Positions 18,919-28,905 of a DNA stretch of 64,000 nucleotides are shown piece after piece. This DNA is from Sandaracinaceae bacterium (lineage in GTDB: Bacteria; Myxococcota_A; Polyangia; Polyangiales; Sandaracinaceae). The notes beneath the pieces were generated by a model that worked only from the letters and a program-made list of their open reading frames with translations, had not been told where the DNA came from and did no database searches. The translations under genes and the position numbers were made by a program. Each line of letters begins with the position of its first letter. Position 1 is the stretch's first letter. The stretch spans positions 32,001 to 96,000 of the forward strand of contig JBGAQA010000008.1 of assembly GCA_044220955.1 (NCBI GenBank). Reading direction: 5' to 3'.

Positions 18919-20118
18919 ATGCCGCCGAGGCGTCTGCGCCCGATCGATTCGCCCGTGACGCTGACCGTGGACGGCGCCGAGGTCGCGGCGCGCGCGGGGG
19001 AGCCCATCGCGATCGCGCTCTACGCCGCCAGGCGCATCGTGCTCGGCCGGAGCGTGAAATACCACCGGGCCCGCGGCGCCGCCTGCTTCTCCGGGCGGTG
19101 CGACGGCTGCCTCATGCGCGTCGACGGCGCGCCGAGCGTGCGGACGTGCCGCAAGAAGGCCGCGCACGGGACCGTGGTCGAGACGCAGAACGTGCTCGGG
19201 ACCGCGGGCCTCGACCTGCTCTCCGCCGCCGACGTCTTGTTCGCGGGCGGGCTGAACCACCACGAGATGTTCACCTGGAGCAAGCCGGTCAACCGCGTGA
19301 TGCAGGAGGTGGCGCGGCACGTCGCGGGCCTGGGAAGGTTGCCGGACGAGGCGCGTGTCGCCGCGGACGTCGAGCGCGCGGCGTGCGACGTGTGCGTGAT
19401 CGGCGCCGGGGAGTCCGGCACGGCGTGCGCCGAGGCTCTCGTGCGCGGCGGCGCCGACGTCGTCGTGCTCGAGGAGGAGGACACCTCGCGCGCGCCGCCG
19501 GTGCGCACGGCGACGAGCGCGGTCGGCGTGTTCGACGAGACCGACGGTGCGCGCATCGTGCTCGCGGTGGGTGAGCGGGGTGCGACGGTCATCACGCCGC
19601 GCCTCGTGGTGATCGCGACCGGGCGTGCGGAGTCTGCCGAGGCGTTCGAAGGGAACGATCTGCCAGGCGTGCTCTCGCTCGACGCGGCCGAGCGTCTCTT
19701 CGCGTCGGGCGTGCTGCCTGGCGAGAGGCCGGTGATCGCGGGTGAGGGCGACCGCGCACACGCGCTGGCGGCTCGCTTCGCGAGCGCGGGCGCGAGGCCG
19801 GTGCGGATCCTGCGCGACGATGTCGTGCGCGCGCGAGGTCGCTCGTCGGTGCGCCTCGTGGAGACGGCCGGCGGCGAGAAGCTCGCGTGCGACGTGCTCG
19901 TCGTCGAGGGACGCGCGAGCGCGCGCTACGAGCTCGCGGCGCAGGCGGGGGTGGAGGTCGTCTTCGACGGTGAGGTCTTCGACCTCGTCGCGTCGAAGGA
20001 CGACGGCACGACGCGGCACCCCCGGGTTCTGGTCGCAGGATCGGCGGCGCGCGTGGACGACGCTGCAGCACACGGCGCTCGGGTCGGCCAGAAGGCGCTC
20101 GAGGTGCTCCGTGGCTGA
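18919..20118 (+). CDS. Sarcosine oxidase/proline dehydrogenase alpha-like subunit (2Fe-2S plus dinucleotide fold)
   Basis: RSVKYHRARG, CFSGRCDGC...C, VIGAGESG, NDLPGV. Confidence 0.8.
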   Translation: MPPRRLRPIDSPVTLTVDGAEVAARAGEPIAIALYAARRIVLGRSVKYHRARGAACFSGRCDGCLMRVDGAPSVRTCRKKAAHGTVVETQNVLGTAGLDLLSAADVLFAGGLNHHEMFTWSKPVNRVMQEVARHVAGLGRLPDEARVAADVERAACDVCVIGAGESGTACAEALVRGGADVVVLEEEDTSRAPPVRTATSAVGVFDETDGARIVLAVGERGATVITPRLVVIATGRAESAEAFEGNDLPGVLSLDAAERLFASGVLPGERPVIAGEGDRAHALAARFASAGARPVRILRDDVVRARGRSSVRLVETAGGEKLACDVLVVEGRASARYELAAQAGVEVVFDGEVFDLVASKDDGTTRHPRVLVAGSAARVDDAAAHGARVGQKALEVLRG

Positions 20119-20383
20119 CAAGACCTTCGTCTGCCGCTGCGAGGACGTCACGAAGCACGACGTGGAGGAGGCGGTCGCGCTCGGGCATCGCGATCTCGAG
20201 TCGGTGAAGCGCTACACGGGCCTCGGCACGGGGCTCTGCCAGGGCAAGCAGTGCGTCGCGCTCTCGGCGCGCCTCGTCAGCGAGCTCTCCGGCGAGCGCG
20301 TGCGCCAGCCGATCACCCCGCGGCCGCTCCTCTACCCCACCAAGCTCGCGCACCTCGCGCGCCTCCTGCCGGACGACGAATGA
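20111..20383 (+). CDS. BFD-like (2Fe-2S)-binding subunit
   Basis: VCRCEDVT...KRYTGLGTGLCQGKQC...TPRP. Overlaps both neighbours. Confidence 0.88.
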   Translation: MADKTFVCRCEDVTKHDVEEAVALGHRDLESVKRYTGLGTGLCQGKQCVALSARLVSELSGERVRQPITPRPLLYPTKLAHLARLLPDDE

Positions 20384-21528
20384 GCGAGCGGGCTCGCACC
20401 GTGATCGTCGGGGGCGGCATCATGGGCCTCGCCATCGCGTGGAACCTCGCGAAGCTGGGCGAGGAGGGCGTCGTGGTGCTCGAGAGGAGCTACCTCACGA
20501 GCGGCGCGAGCGGTCGCAACGGGGGCGGCGTGCGCGCGCAGTGGTCGAGCGACGTCAACGTGCGCCTGATGAAGCGCTCTCTCGCGCTCTGCGCCGAGTT
20601 CGCGACCGAGATGCGCATCAACGTCTGGTTCCGCCGCGGCGGCTACCTCTTCCTCGCGCGCGACGACGCGCGAGCGAAGAGCCTCGCGCGTGCCGCGGAG
20701 ATCCAGCAGGCCCACGGGCTCGGCACGCGGATGATCGAGCCGTCCGAGGCCAAGGAGATCGTCCCCGAGCTCGACCCCACCCGCTTCGTCGCCGCGAGCT
20801 TCAACGCCGACGACGGAGTCGTGTTCCCGTGGCCCTTCGTCTGGGGCTACGCGCGCGCGGCGCAGAAGCTCGGCGTCACCATCCGCACCCACATGCCCGT
20901 CACGGCGCTCGTCACCGAGGGCGCCCGCGTGTGTGGCGTCGTGACGGAGAGCGGCGAGACGATCCGCGCCGGGCGCGTGCTCGTGTGCTGCGGCGCGTGG
21001 AGCCCGGAGGTCACGCGCATGGTCGGGGTGGAGCTGCCGAGCCACCCGCACCGTCACGAGATCTGCTCGACCGAGCCGCTCAAGCCCTTTCTCGGGCCCC
21101 TCGTGGGCGATCTCGCCGACGGGCTCTACTTCTCCCAGTCGGCGCGTGGCGAGATCGTGGGCGGCATCAGCAACGAGGACGTCCCGCCCGGGATCGACCA
21201 GCGCTCGAGCGCGCGCTTCCTCGGCCTCTACGCGCGTGCGCTCACGCGCGTGATGCCCATCCTGGGTGACGTGAAGATCCTGCGGCAGTGGGCCGGCTGC
21301 TACGACCTCACGCCCGACAAGAGCCCGATGATCGGCGAGGTCGACGAAACCCCCGGCCTCTATCTCGCGAGCGGCTTCATGGGGCACGGCTTCATGATGG
21401 CGCCCGTGATCGGCGAGCTCTACGCGAAGTACCTCGTGCGCGGCGAGGAGCCCGAGCTCTTCGAGCGCTGGAACCTGCGCCGCTTTCGCGAGGGCAAGCT
21501 GCTCGACGAGAGCATGATCCTCGGCTGA
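20380..21528 (+). CDS. FAD-dependent oxidoreductase (DAO family, sarcosine oxidase beta-like)
   Basis: IVGGGIMG, GASGRNGGG, WAGCYDLTPD, GFMGHGF. Confidence 0.92.
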   Translation: MSERARTVIVGGGIMGLAIAWNLAKLGEEGVVVLERSYLTSGASGRNGGGVRAQWSSDVNVRLMKRSLALCAEFATEMRINVWFRRGGYLFLARDDARAKSLARAAEIQQAHGLGTRMIEPSEAKEIVPELDPTRFVAASFNADDGVVFPWPFVWGYARAAQKLGVTIRTHMPVTALVTEGARVCGVVTESGETIRAGRVLVCCGAWSPEVTRMVGVELPSHPHRHEICSTEPLKPFLGPLVGDLADGLYFSQSARGEIVGGISNEDVPPGIDQRSSARFLGLYARALTRVMPILGDVKILRQWAGCYDLTPDKSPMIGEVDETPGLYLASGFMGHGFMMAPVIGELYAKYLVRGEEPELFERWNLRRFREGKLLDESMILG

Positions 21529-21575
21529 AGGCCGTGGCGGAGTCGGGGCCGGCGCGCGCCCGTGGCGTCGGCGAG

Positions 21576-22448
21576 TCAGGGCCTGCGCGCGAAGAAGAGC
21601 CGCGCCGTGCTCGCGGCGAGCGGCGGCTCGACCGGATCCGCGAACCCCGCGCGCGTGATTCGCTCGCGCAGCGCGTCGGGGGAGACGAGGGCGCCGCCGC
21701 TCCGCACCATCCGCAGCTCGGCCAGGCGTGCGCCGAGCGGGCTCGGTGGGGGGCGGAACACCCCGGCGACGACGAGGCCGCCCGGCCTCAGCGCGGCGAA
21801 GACCGCCCCCAGCACGTCGTCGAGGATCGCGTCCGGCAGGAACGGCACCGGTACCCACGCGAGGCTGAACGCCTCCCGCTCGGGCACGTCGCGCGCGTCT
21901 TGCTCGCGGAGCGTGATGCGATCGCCGACCCCCGAGCGCGCCACGTTCTCCTTCGCGAGGGTCAGCGAGGGTGCGAACACGTCGACGCCGACGGTGCGCA
22001 GCGTCGGGAAGCGCCGGCACATCGTGATCGCGAGGTGCCCGACGCCCGTGCCGAGATCGAGGAACGTCGCCCCCGGCGACGAGGTCGCGGCGGGCAGGCC
22101 CGGTACGTGTGGCAGCGCCTCGATGACCGCGTCGGCGATCGTGCTCGAGGCGCGTCCCGTGGCCTCGAGGATCAGCGGATCGGTGCTCGTCCACCCCGGC
22201 TCGCGCGCCGGGTCGTCGAGCAGGTCCATCGCCATGCGCGAGAACGCGCGCGCCGCGCCGATCGCTGCGCGCCGCTCGTCGGCCGTCCCTGGCTCCACGT
22301 CCAGCGCCTCCACGATCGCTGCGACGCGCGAGGCGACTTCGGGTGGCAGCAAGAGGCCCTCTTCTTCGGCGCGGAGCCAGGCGCCGAGCGCGGCGAGCGC
22401 CTCGACCGACGCCACGAGCTCGAGCACCTTCGTCGTCGCGGTCGCCAT
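21576..22448 (-). CDS. Class I SAM-dependent methyltransferase
   Basis: FLDLGTGVG, VGVD, ALRPGG. Confidence 0.85.
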   Translation of the reverse strand: MATATTKVLELVASVEALAALGAWLRAEEEGLLLPPEVASRVAAIVEALDVEPGTADERRAAIGAARAFSRMAMDLLDDPAREPGWTSTDPLILEATGRASSTIADAVIEALPHVPGLPAATSSPGATFLDLGTGVGHLAITMCRRFPTLRTVGVDVFAPSLTLAKENVARSGVGDRITLREQDARDVPEREAFSLAWVPVPFLPDAILDDVLGAVFAALRPGGLVVAGVFRPPPSPLGARLAELRMVRSGGALVSPDALRERITRAGFADPVEPPLAASTARLFFARRP

Positions 22449-22466
22449 CGACGGGACGATACGCGC

Positions 22467-23204
22467 TCAGCGCACGAAAGTGCGGGCGTCGTGCGGGCGT
22501 ACGTCCACGTGGAAGTGGTCGTGGTGCCCCTCGTTGTACTCGGGGGTGATGACGGTCGAGAGCCCCGCGCGATCGGCGAGGTCGCACGCGAGGGCGCGCA
22601 GCGCCGGCCCGGCCTCGGCCCGGGGTGCGCGATCGACGCCGTCACAGGTGGAGGTCGCCGGCTCGGGGTCCCAGTCGCGCTCGACGACGAGCACCGAGCC
22701 GTCGTCCCGGGCGAAGCGCGTGAGATCGAGCGCGAGGCCGAACGTGTGGAAGCTCGTGCGTGGTGCGAGGCGCCAGGCCGAGAGCACGGTCGCTTCCCGC
22801 ACGTGGTGATCGCGCATCACGGCGGCGAGCGCGGGCAGCCGGACCGCGAGCTCGCACGCGACGTAGAGCGGCGCGCCCTCTCGCGCCTTCGGGAACGCGA
22901 CCCCTCCGACGGGGCCATCCACGCGGACGGGGGCCGGGATCGGCGTACGCGCCGTCGTGAACGGGACGACCGGAAGCGAGCGCGCGGCTTCGAGACAGCC
23001 TGCCTCGGGCCGGATGCTCCACGGGCTCGCGTCGCGCCACTCGCCGTGCACGGCCTCGCTGCGGAAAGCGCGGAACGTGGCGACGCGCCGGTCGATCTCG
23101 CCGGCGACCGCGAGCGCGGGGTCGACACGACCCTCGGTGCGGCGCTGCCCCGTGGCAGGGGCGGCCAGGGTCAGGATGGTCAGGAACGCCGCAGCGCGCC
23201 TCAT
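22467..23204 (-). CDS. Extensin-like C-terminal domain protein
   Basis: SFHTFGLALDL and TPEYNEGHHDHFHVD motifs, signal peptide. Confidence 0.82.
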   Translation of the reverse strand: MRRAAAFLTILTLAAPATGQRRTEGRVDPALAVAGEIDRRVATFRAFRSEAVHGEWRDASPWSIRPEAGCLEAARSLPVVPFTTARTPIPAPVRVDGPVGGVAFPKAREGAPLYVACELAVRLPALAAVMRDHHVREATVLSAWRLAPRTSFHTFGLALDLTRFARDDGSVLVVERDWDPEPATSTCDGVDRAPRAEAGPALRALACDLADRAGLSTVITPEYNEGHHDHFHVDVRPHDARTFVR

Positions 23205-23253
23205 GCAGAGGAGTCTACGTGCGGAGCAGGGCGATCCATTCCATACCCCCGCC

Positions 23254-23790
23254 ATGCGGACGCTCCTCGCCCTGGCCGTGACGGTCGCGCTCTTCTCTTC
23301 TTGCGGCTCGTCGTCCTCCTCGGGGACGTCGGCCTCCACCATGCCGGCGGTCGGCAGCGCGGCACCCGACATCATGCTCCAGGACCAGACCGGTCGCGTC
23401 CGCACGCTCGCCGAGTACCGGGGGCATCCGGTGGTCGTGTACTTCTATCCGCGCGACGCGACGCCGGGCTGCACCCACGAGGCCTGCGCGTTTCGCGACG
23501 CGTGGGACCGCCTGCAGGCGACCGGCACCGTCGTGCTCGGGATCTCGGGCGACGACGTGGCGTCGCATCTGTCGTTCCACGACGCCGAGCATCTTCCGTT
23601 CGATCTGCTCGCCGATCCGGAGAACACGGCGGCGAACGCCTATGGCGTCCCGGTGCACGCCGGGATCGAGTCGCGCGTGTCGTTCCTCGTCGACCGCGAC
23701 GGCCAGATCGCGCACGTGTTCCCGGACGTCGATCCGGCCATTCACTGCGACGAGGTGCTCGAGGCGATCGCGGCCCTGCCCGCGCCCTGA
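23254..23790 (+). CDS. bcp: Peroxiredoxin, BCP/PrxQ type, with lipoprotein signal
   Basis: YFYPRDATPGCTHEACAFRD. Confidence 0.9.
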   Translation: MRTLLALAVTVALFSSCGSSSSSGTSASTMPAVGSAAPDIMLQDQTGRVRTLAEYRGHPVVVYFYPRDATPGCTHEACAFRDAWDRLQATGTVVLGISGDDVASHLSFHDAEHLPFDLLADPENTAANAYGVPVHAGIESRVSFLVDRDGQIAHVFPDVDPAIHCDEVLEAIAALPAP

Positions 23791-23862
23791 ATTCAGCGCG
23801 CTTCGTTTGAAACGCTGGGCTGCCTCTGGTAGACGAGGCGGGCTTCTTGGCGGAGGAAACGA

Positions 23863-25155
23863 ATGGCGACCGTGGTGACGATGCCCTCGCTCGGCGAGAG
23901 CGTGCTCGAGGGCACCGTAGGCAAGTGGCTCGTGCGTGAGGGTGATCGCGTCGAGCGCGAGCAGATGGTCGTCGAGATCCTGACCGACAAGACCGACAGC
24001 CCCGTTCCCTCGCCGGTCGCCGGCGTGGTCACGAAGCTCTTCGTGAAGGAGAACGACGTCGTCCCGGTCGGCGCCAAGCTCTGCGAGATCGACGAGGCCG
24101 CCAGGGCGTCGTCAGGCGCGGCGGTGGCGGCGGCGCCCGAGGTGGCCCCGAGCGTGGCGCACGACGACGGGGGCCGCGCGTCGCCCTCGGTGCGCAAGCT
24201 CGCCCGCGAGATGGACGTCGACCTGAAAGGGGTGTCGGGCTCCGGCCAGGGCGGCGTGATCACGCGCGAGGACGTGCTGCGGGCGGGGAGCGGCGGCACG
24301 TCGCATCCCGCCACGCCGCCGCCGGCGCCGGCGCCGGTGACGCGCTCCACGGCGATCGGAGCGCCTGCGCCGAGCTCGAGCGGCCTGACCGAGGCGATGA
24401 AGGTGGCGTCCCCGACCGGCATGGGCGCGTTCCGCGTTCCGCCCTACCAGCCGAAGCCGGGCGACAAGGTCGTGCCTTTCACGCGTCGCCGCCGCGTGAT
24501 CGCCGATCACATGGTCTACTCGAAGCTCACCTCGCCTCACGTGGTGACGTTCGCGGAGTGCGATCTGCAGAAGACGCACCTGCTCCGCGAGAAGCACAAG
24601 GACGCGCTGAAGAAGGAGGGCGTGAGTCTCACCTTCCTCTCGTTCGTGGCGGCGGCCGTCGCGCGGGCCCTGCGCGAGTTCCCGGTGATGAACGCGCGCG
24701 TGCTCGACGACGCGTACGTCCAGCTCGGCGACGTGAACCTCGGCCTCGCGGTCGAGACGAACGAGGGGCTCGTCGTCCCCGTCATCCGCAACGCCGACAT
24801 GCTCAAGGTCCGGGGGCTCGCGAAGGCGATCGACGACATCGCCAAGCGCGCGCGCGACAACGTCCTCTTGCCCGACGATCTCGCCGGCAAGACGTTCTCG
24901 ATCTCGAACCCCGGCAAGAAGGGCAACCTCGTCGGCGGCGCGATCATCAGCCAGCCGAACGTCGGGATCCTCCGGATCGGCGAGATCAAGAAGCGCGTGG
25001 TCGTGATCGACCAGGACGGGGCGGACGTGATGGCCATCCACCCCGTGATGTACATGGGGCTGAGCTACGACCACCGCATCGTCGATGGCGTCGTCGCCAA
25101 CGGGTTCTTGTTCCGCGTGAACGAGCTCCTCGAGGCCGGCACCTTCGACATCTGA
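23863..25155 (+). CDS. 2-oxoacid dehydrogenase E2 (dihydrolipoamide acyltransferase)
   Basis: Lipoyl domain (ILTDK), E3-binding ASPSVRKLARE, catalytic YDHRIVDG. Confidence 0.95.
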   Translation: MATVVTMPSLGESVLEGTVGKWLVREGDRVEREQMVVEILTDKTDSPVPSPVAGVVTKLFVKENDVVPVGAKLCEIDEAARASSGAAVAAAPEVAPSVAHDDGGRASPSVRKLAREMDVDLKGVSGSGQGGVITREDVLRAGSGGTSHPATPPPAPAPVTRSTAIGAPAPSSSGLTEAMKVASPTGMGAFRVPPYQPKPGDKVVPFTRRRRVIADHMVYSKLTSPHVVTFAECDLQKTHLLREKHKDALKKEGVSLTFLSFVAAAVARALREFPVMNARVLDDAYVQLGDVNLGLAVETNEGLVVPVIRNADMLKVRGLAKAIDDIAKRARDNVLLPDDLAGKTFSISNPGKKGNLVGGAIISQPNVGILRIGEIKKRVVVIDQDGADVMAIHPVMYMGLSYDHRIVDGVVANGFLFRVNELLEAGTFDI

Positions 25156-25161
25156 GGCGAG

Positions 25162-25506
25162 ATGAGCGACGAGACGGAAAACACCGAGGAGGCCGAGGCG
25201 AAGGCGGCCGAGGCCGAAGTTCCGTCGGCGCCCGAGCCCGAGAAGCCCAAGAAGAAGAAGAAGACCAAGGTCGAGGCGGCGGTCACGGACCCGCGCGCGG
25301 CCGAGATCGCGAGCGCGTTCGACGCGGGGAACTTCGCGCGCGTGCGCGTGCTGGGCGCCGAGCTCGCCGGAGCGACCGACCCCGCGCTGGCGGCGATCGG
25401 TCGCGACTACCTCGCGCGCATCGCCGTCGACCCGGTGCAGATCGCGTTCCTGGGTCTCTGCGCCGTCGCCCTGCTGACGATCGCCTGGATCTACATTCCC
25501 CACTGA
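25162..25506 (+). CDS. Hypothetical protein with C-terminal TM helix
   Basis: 6 bp after E2, coding-like composition. Confidence 0.7.
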   Translation: MSDETENTEEAEAKAAEAEVPSAPEPEKPKKKKKTKVEAAVTDPRAAEIASAFDAGNFARVRVLGAELAGATDPALAAIGRDYLARIAVDPVQIAFLGLCAVALLTIAWIYIPH

Positions 25507-25593
25507 CGTGAGCGCCGGCGCGAGGCCCACGCGCGCGGCGTTCGCGTTCGTCACCGTCGCGCCGGACATGCTGGCTCTTGGCGTGATGATCCG

Positions 25594-26430
25594 TCACTCG
25601 GTCGGATACGGCGGATACTGGGGCACGTCGTCGGGGATCACCCAGCCGCTCGACCACAGGCTCTGGCCACCGTCGATGATGAAGACCTGCCCGGTCACGT
25701 AGTCGGCCGCGCGCGAGCACACGTAGACGATCAGGTGACTCGTCTCCTCTTCGCCCCCGAGGCGCTTGAGCGGGATGGCCTTGCGCGCGGCCTCGAGGAA
25801 TTCCGCCGGGTACTGCGCGGTGCCGCTCGACTTGATCACGCCGGGCGCGACCGCGTTGACGCGGATGCCGTGGCAGGCCCACTCGACGGCGAGCGTCTTG
25901 GTCGCGTTCTCGACGCCTGCGCGCGCCGCGCCCGTGTGGATCATGCCGGGAAAGCCGCGCGTCACCTGCGCGGTGATGTTCACGATGCGGCCGCGCTGGC
26001 GGGGAATCATCGCGCGGTTGGCGACCGCGTGCGTCATCGTCCAGGTGCCGAGCAGGTTGTTGCGCACGACGGCCTCGAAGCCCTTCGGCGAGAGGTGCTG
26101 GGCGGGGGTCGGGAACTGGCCGCCCGCGTTGTTCACGAGGATGTCGATGCGGCCGAAGCGGGCGAGCACGGCGTCGACGAAGCCCTCGACCTCCTCCGGC
26201 TTCCGGATGTCGGTCGGACGCGCGTAGGCATCGACGCCCTCGCTCCGGAGGAGCGCCTCTGCCGCGGCGAGGGGCTCGGGCCGCCGCCCGCAGATCGCGA
26301 TCTTGGCCCCGAGCTTGCCGAGCTCGCGCGCGACGGTGAGGCCGATGCCGGTGCCTCCGCCCGTGACGATCGCGACTTCGTTCTCGAACATTCCGTCCCG
26401 GAAAATCGTCTCGACCACGCCTGCCTCCAC
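25594..26430 (-). CDS. SDR oxidoreductase (peroxisomal enoyl/dienoyl-CoA reductase-like)
   Basis: TGGGTGIG, NNAGGQF, HTGAARAGV, VNAVAPG. Confidence 0.92.
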   Translation of the reverse strand: MEAGVVETIFRDGMFENEVAIVTGGGTGIGLTVARELGKLGAKIAICGRRPEPLAAAEALLRSEGVDAYARPTDIRKPEEVEGFVDAVLARFGRIDILVNNAGGQFPTPAQHLSPKGFEAVVRNNLLGTWTMTHAVANRAMIPRQRGRIVNITAQVTRGFPGMIHTGAARAGVENATKTLAVEWACHGIRVNAVAPGVIKSSGTAQYPAEFLEAARKAIPLKRLGGEEETSHLIVYVCSRAADYVTGQVFIIDGGQSLWSSGWVIPDDVPQYPPYPTE

Positions 26431-26487
26431 ACACCCGACCTCGGGGCGGCGGATGGTAGCGCGCGCGGGGCGTATGCTTCACCCGTC

Positions 26488-27915
26488 ATGACGTCGCGCG
26501 CCGATGCCGATGACGCGAAGCTCGCGGGGGAGGGCGCCGTGCGCCGGGCCGGGTCACCGCTGCGTCCGACTCCGCTGATCCGCGGCTCGCTGGGCCTCTT
26601 GCGGGCGCATCCGGTCGTCTCGCTCTCGATCGGGGCCGCCGTCGTGCTCACGCTCCTGGCCGTCCCCACCGGGCTCGGGGCGCTCCTGGCGCCGTGGTTC
26701 GTGTGCGAGCTCTTCGCCGTGCAGCTCGCGATGCGCGGCGAGACGCCCCAGGCGCGCGGGCGCGGGTGGGCCTCGGCCGCGCTCGTCGTGTTCTTCACCG
26801 TGGTCGTCATCGCCATCGCGGGCTGGATCGCGGCCCTCGGCTTCGGGCCCGACTTCACCACCGCCGATCGCTCGCTCGCGCCCCTGCCATGGCCCGAGGC
26901 GCTCCGCCGCGGTCTGCTCGTCGCGGGGACGCTCGCGCTCGCGGTCGCGGCGGGCACGCCCTTCGTCTACGCGCCGCTCGTGCTCCTCGATCGTGGCGGG
27001 CGTCTCGGTGGCGCCTGCCTCGAGAGCGCCGCGCTCGTGCGACGAGGAGGCGCCCTTCGCCACTACGCGCTCGCGTTCTTCGCGTACCTGCTCTCGCTCT
27101 CGCCGGCTCTGGTGAGCATGATCCTCGTCGCGCGGACCGTGGAGCGGGCGGCGACTCCGCTCGGCGCGCTCGTCGCGCTGCCCCTCTTGCCGGCGAGCAT
27201 CCCGCTCGGGCTCGGGCTCGTCACGGTCGCCTACCTCGCCCAGCGCGACGCGCTTCCGGAGGCGCACGTCGTCCGCGCAGGTGGGGCCCTGCCGCGCCCG
27301 CTCGTCGCGTTCCTCTCCGCCGTCTCGCTCGCCCCCCTCGTCGGGCTGCTGCTCATGGCGATCGCCGGCGTCGTGCCCTCGCGGCCTGCGCGTGGAACGC
27401 TGGCCGACGACGCCCAGCTCATCGTCGACGTCCCGGCGCGCGCGCACATCGACGTCCCTCGGACGACCCTCGAGATCGACATCGACGGCGCCCGAGCGGC
27501 CGTGTTCGCCGGCGACCACGACGGCGTCGGGCGGCTCCCGCCGGTGTTCGCCGCTCCCATCGCGCACGTGCGTGTCAGCCGCCACGGCGACGACTTCGCG
27601 ATCGAGCTCACGCCCGAGCGCGGAGCCGCGCACGTCGTTCGCGTGGACCGCGCGGGTCTGCGCGTGGACGACTCGGTCGAGGCGCGCCTGCGCTCGCGCT
27701 CGCCGGACGGCGTGCTCATCGGCTTCATCGTCTCGTTCGCGATCTGCGCGTTCGGCTCCCTCACCTATCTCGGTCCGCTCGGCGAGGCGCGAGCCCGTCA
27801 GCGAGCGCGCACGGTCGCGAGCCGGCGAGCGTTCCTCGCGGCGCTCGCGGTGCTCCCGTTCTCGTGCATGGCGTTCGCGGCGGGCGCGATCGCGCTCTTC
27901 GGTCTGCCGCGCTGA
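26488..27915 (+). CDS. Multi-pass membrane protein
   Basis: Many hydrophobic helices plus a soluble loop. Confidence 0.7.
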   Translation: MTSRADADDAKLAGEGAVRRAGSPLRPTPLIRGSLGLLRAHPVVSLSIGAAVVLTLLAVPTGLGALLAPWFVCELFAVQLAMRGETPQARGRGWASAALVVFFTVVVIAIAGWIAALGFGPDFTTADRSLAPLPWPEALRRGLLVAGTLALAVAAGTPFVYAPLVLLDRGGRLGGACLESAALVRRGGALRHYALAFFAYLLSLSPALVSMILVARTVERAATPLGALVALPLLPASIPLGLGLVTVAYLAQRDALPEAHVVRAGGALPRPLVAFLSAVSLAPLVGLLLMAIAGVVPSRPARGTLADDAQLIVDVPARAHIDVPRTTLEIDIDGARAAVFAGDHDGVGRLPPVFAAPIAHVRVSRHGDDFAIELTPERGAAHVVRVDRAGLRVDDSVEARLRSRSPDGVLIGFIVSFAICAFGSLTYLGPLGEARARQRARTVASRRAFLAALAVLPFSCMAFAAGAIALFGLPR

Positions 27916-27929
27916 AGCGGTAGCGCGCG

Positions 27930-28856
27930 TCAGGGACAGCCGGCCGGGCGCCAGGTCAGATCCACCGGACCGTACGTCTCCGCGTAGACCTGGGCGCCCG
28001 TCTCGGAGGCGCGCGGCAGGCATGCTGGCCCGTACGTGATGTACGTGCAGAGCGGGTTCGACGCGTGCACGCAGTCGTAGTCGTGATCGATCTCGAGCGC
28101 GTAGGGATCGACCAGGGTCGCGAGATCCATCCGGCCGAGCGCCGAGGTCGCGGCCGCGGACGCGGGGTCACGGAAGAACTGCACCTGGCCGCGCGGCGCC
28201 GCCGAGGCGGTCTCGTCGCTGAGATCGAAGGGCGTGTGCGGTCCCGCGAGGTCGTGCGAGTCCCGCCAGCCGCTCTCGGCCGGGATGTCGGCGAGATCGT
28301 GAGGTGCCGCGCCGCCCCGGTCGTTCGCGGCCACCAGGGCGTCGTGCAGCGCCGCGTCGATCGACACGATCATGCGGTTGTACTCGCCGCCGCCGCAGCT
28401 CCCGGGGTCCGTCGCCGTCGCATCCTGCCCGCCCGTCACTCGGTACAGGCGCACGACGTGGTCGAGCGCTGCGGTGCCGTCGCTCCCGAGGTGGCTGCCC
28501 GCGAGCCGCGCCGTGAGCGTCAGGTAGGTCGCCCGCGACGAGGGGTCGAGCGCGGCCCAGAGATCGCAGACGCTGGCGAGCGCATCGCCCCGCAGGCCGT
28601 TCGACTGCGCGACCGTCGGCGTCTCTTCGAGGAACGCGAGGTAGGTCGCGAGCAGGCGGTCGCGCGGGTCCGCCGGCGCGAACGCGTCCGCGCCCGTGAA
28701 CGCATCGATCCCCGCGAACGCGTCGATGCCCTCTCCGGCGTCGGCCTCCGGGCGTGCGTCCTGCGGCACCCGGGCGGCGTCGGTGCTCGAGGCAGGCGAC
28801 GAGCAGCCGCTCCCGAGCAGGGCCGAGACCAGCGCGATGACACCCGCCCGCCGCAC
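27930..28856 (-). CDS. Hypothetical lipoprotein
   Basis: Lipobox LGSGC, DAF repeats, globular Cys-containing domain. Confidence 0.7.
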   Translation of the reverse strand: MRRAGVIALVSALLGSGCSSPASSTDAARVPQDARPEADAGEGIDAFAGIDAFTGADAFAPADPRDRLLATYLAFLEETPTVAQSNGLRGDALASVCDLWAALDPSSRATYLTLTARLAGSHLGSDGTAALDHVVRLYRVTGGQDATATDPGSCGGGEYNRMIVSIDAALHDALVAANDRGGAAPHDLADIPAESGWRDSHDLAGPHTPFDLSDETASAAPRGQVQFFRDPASAAATSALGRMDLATLVDPYALEIDHDYDCVHASNPLCTYITYGPACLPRASETGAQVYAETYGPVDLTWRPAGCP

Positions 28857-28905
28857 ACCGGTAACATACCATCCACGCGCGCCGCCCGCGGTACGATGGC
28901 CCGTC

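Noticed and set aside
23863..25155. E2 gene without adjacent E1/E3, and xdhAB without xdhC
   Set aside because: Dispersed partner genes are common and may lie elsewhere in the genome.
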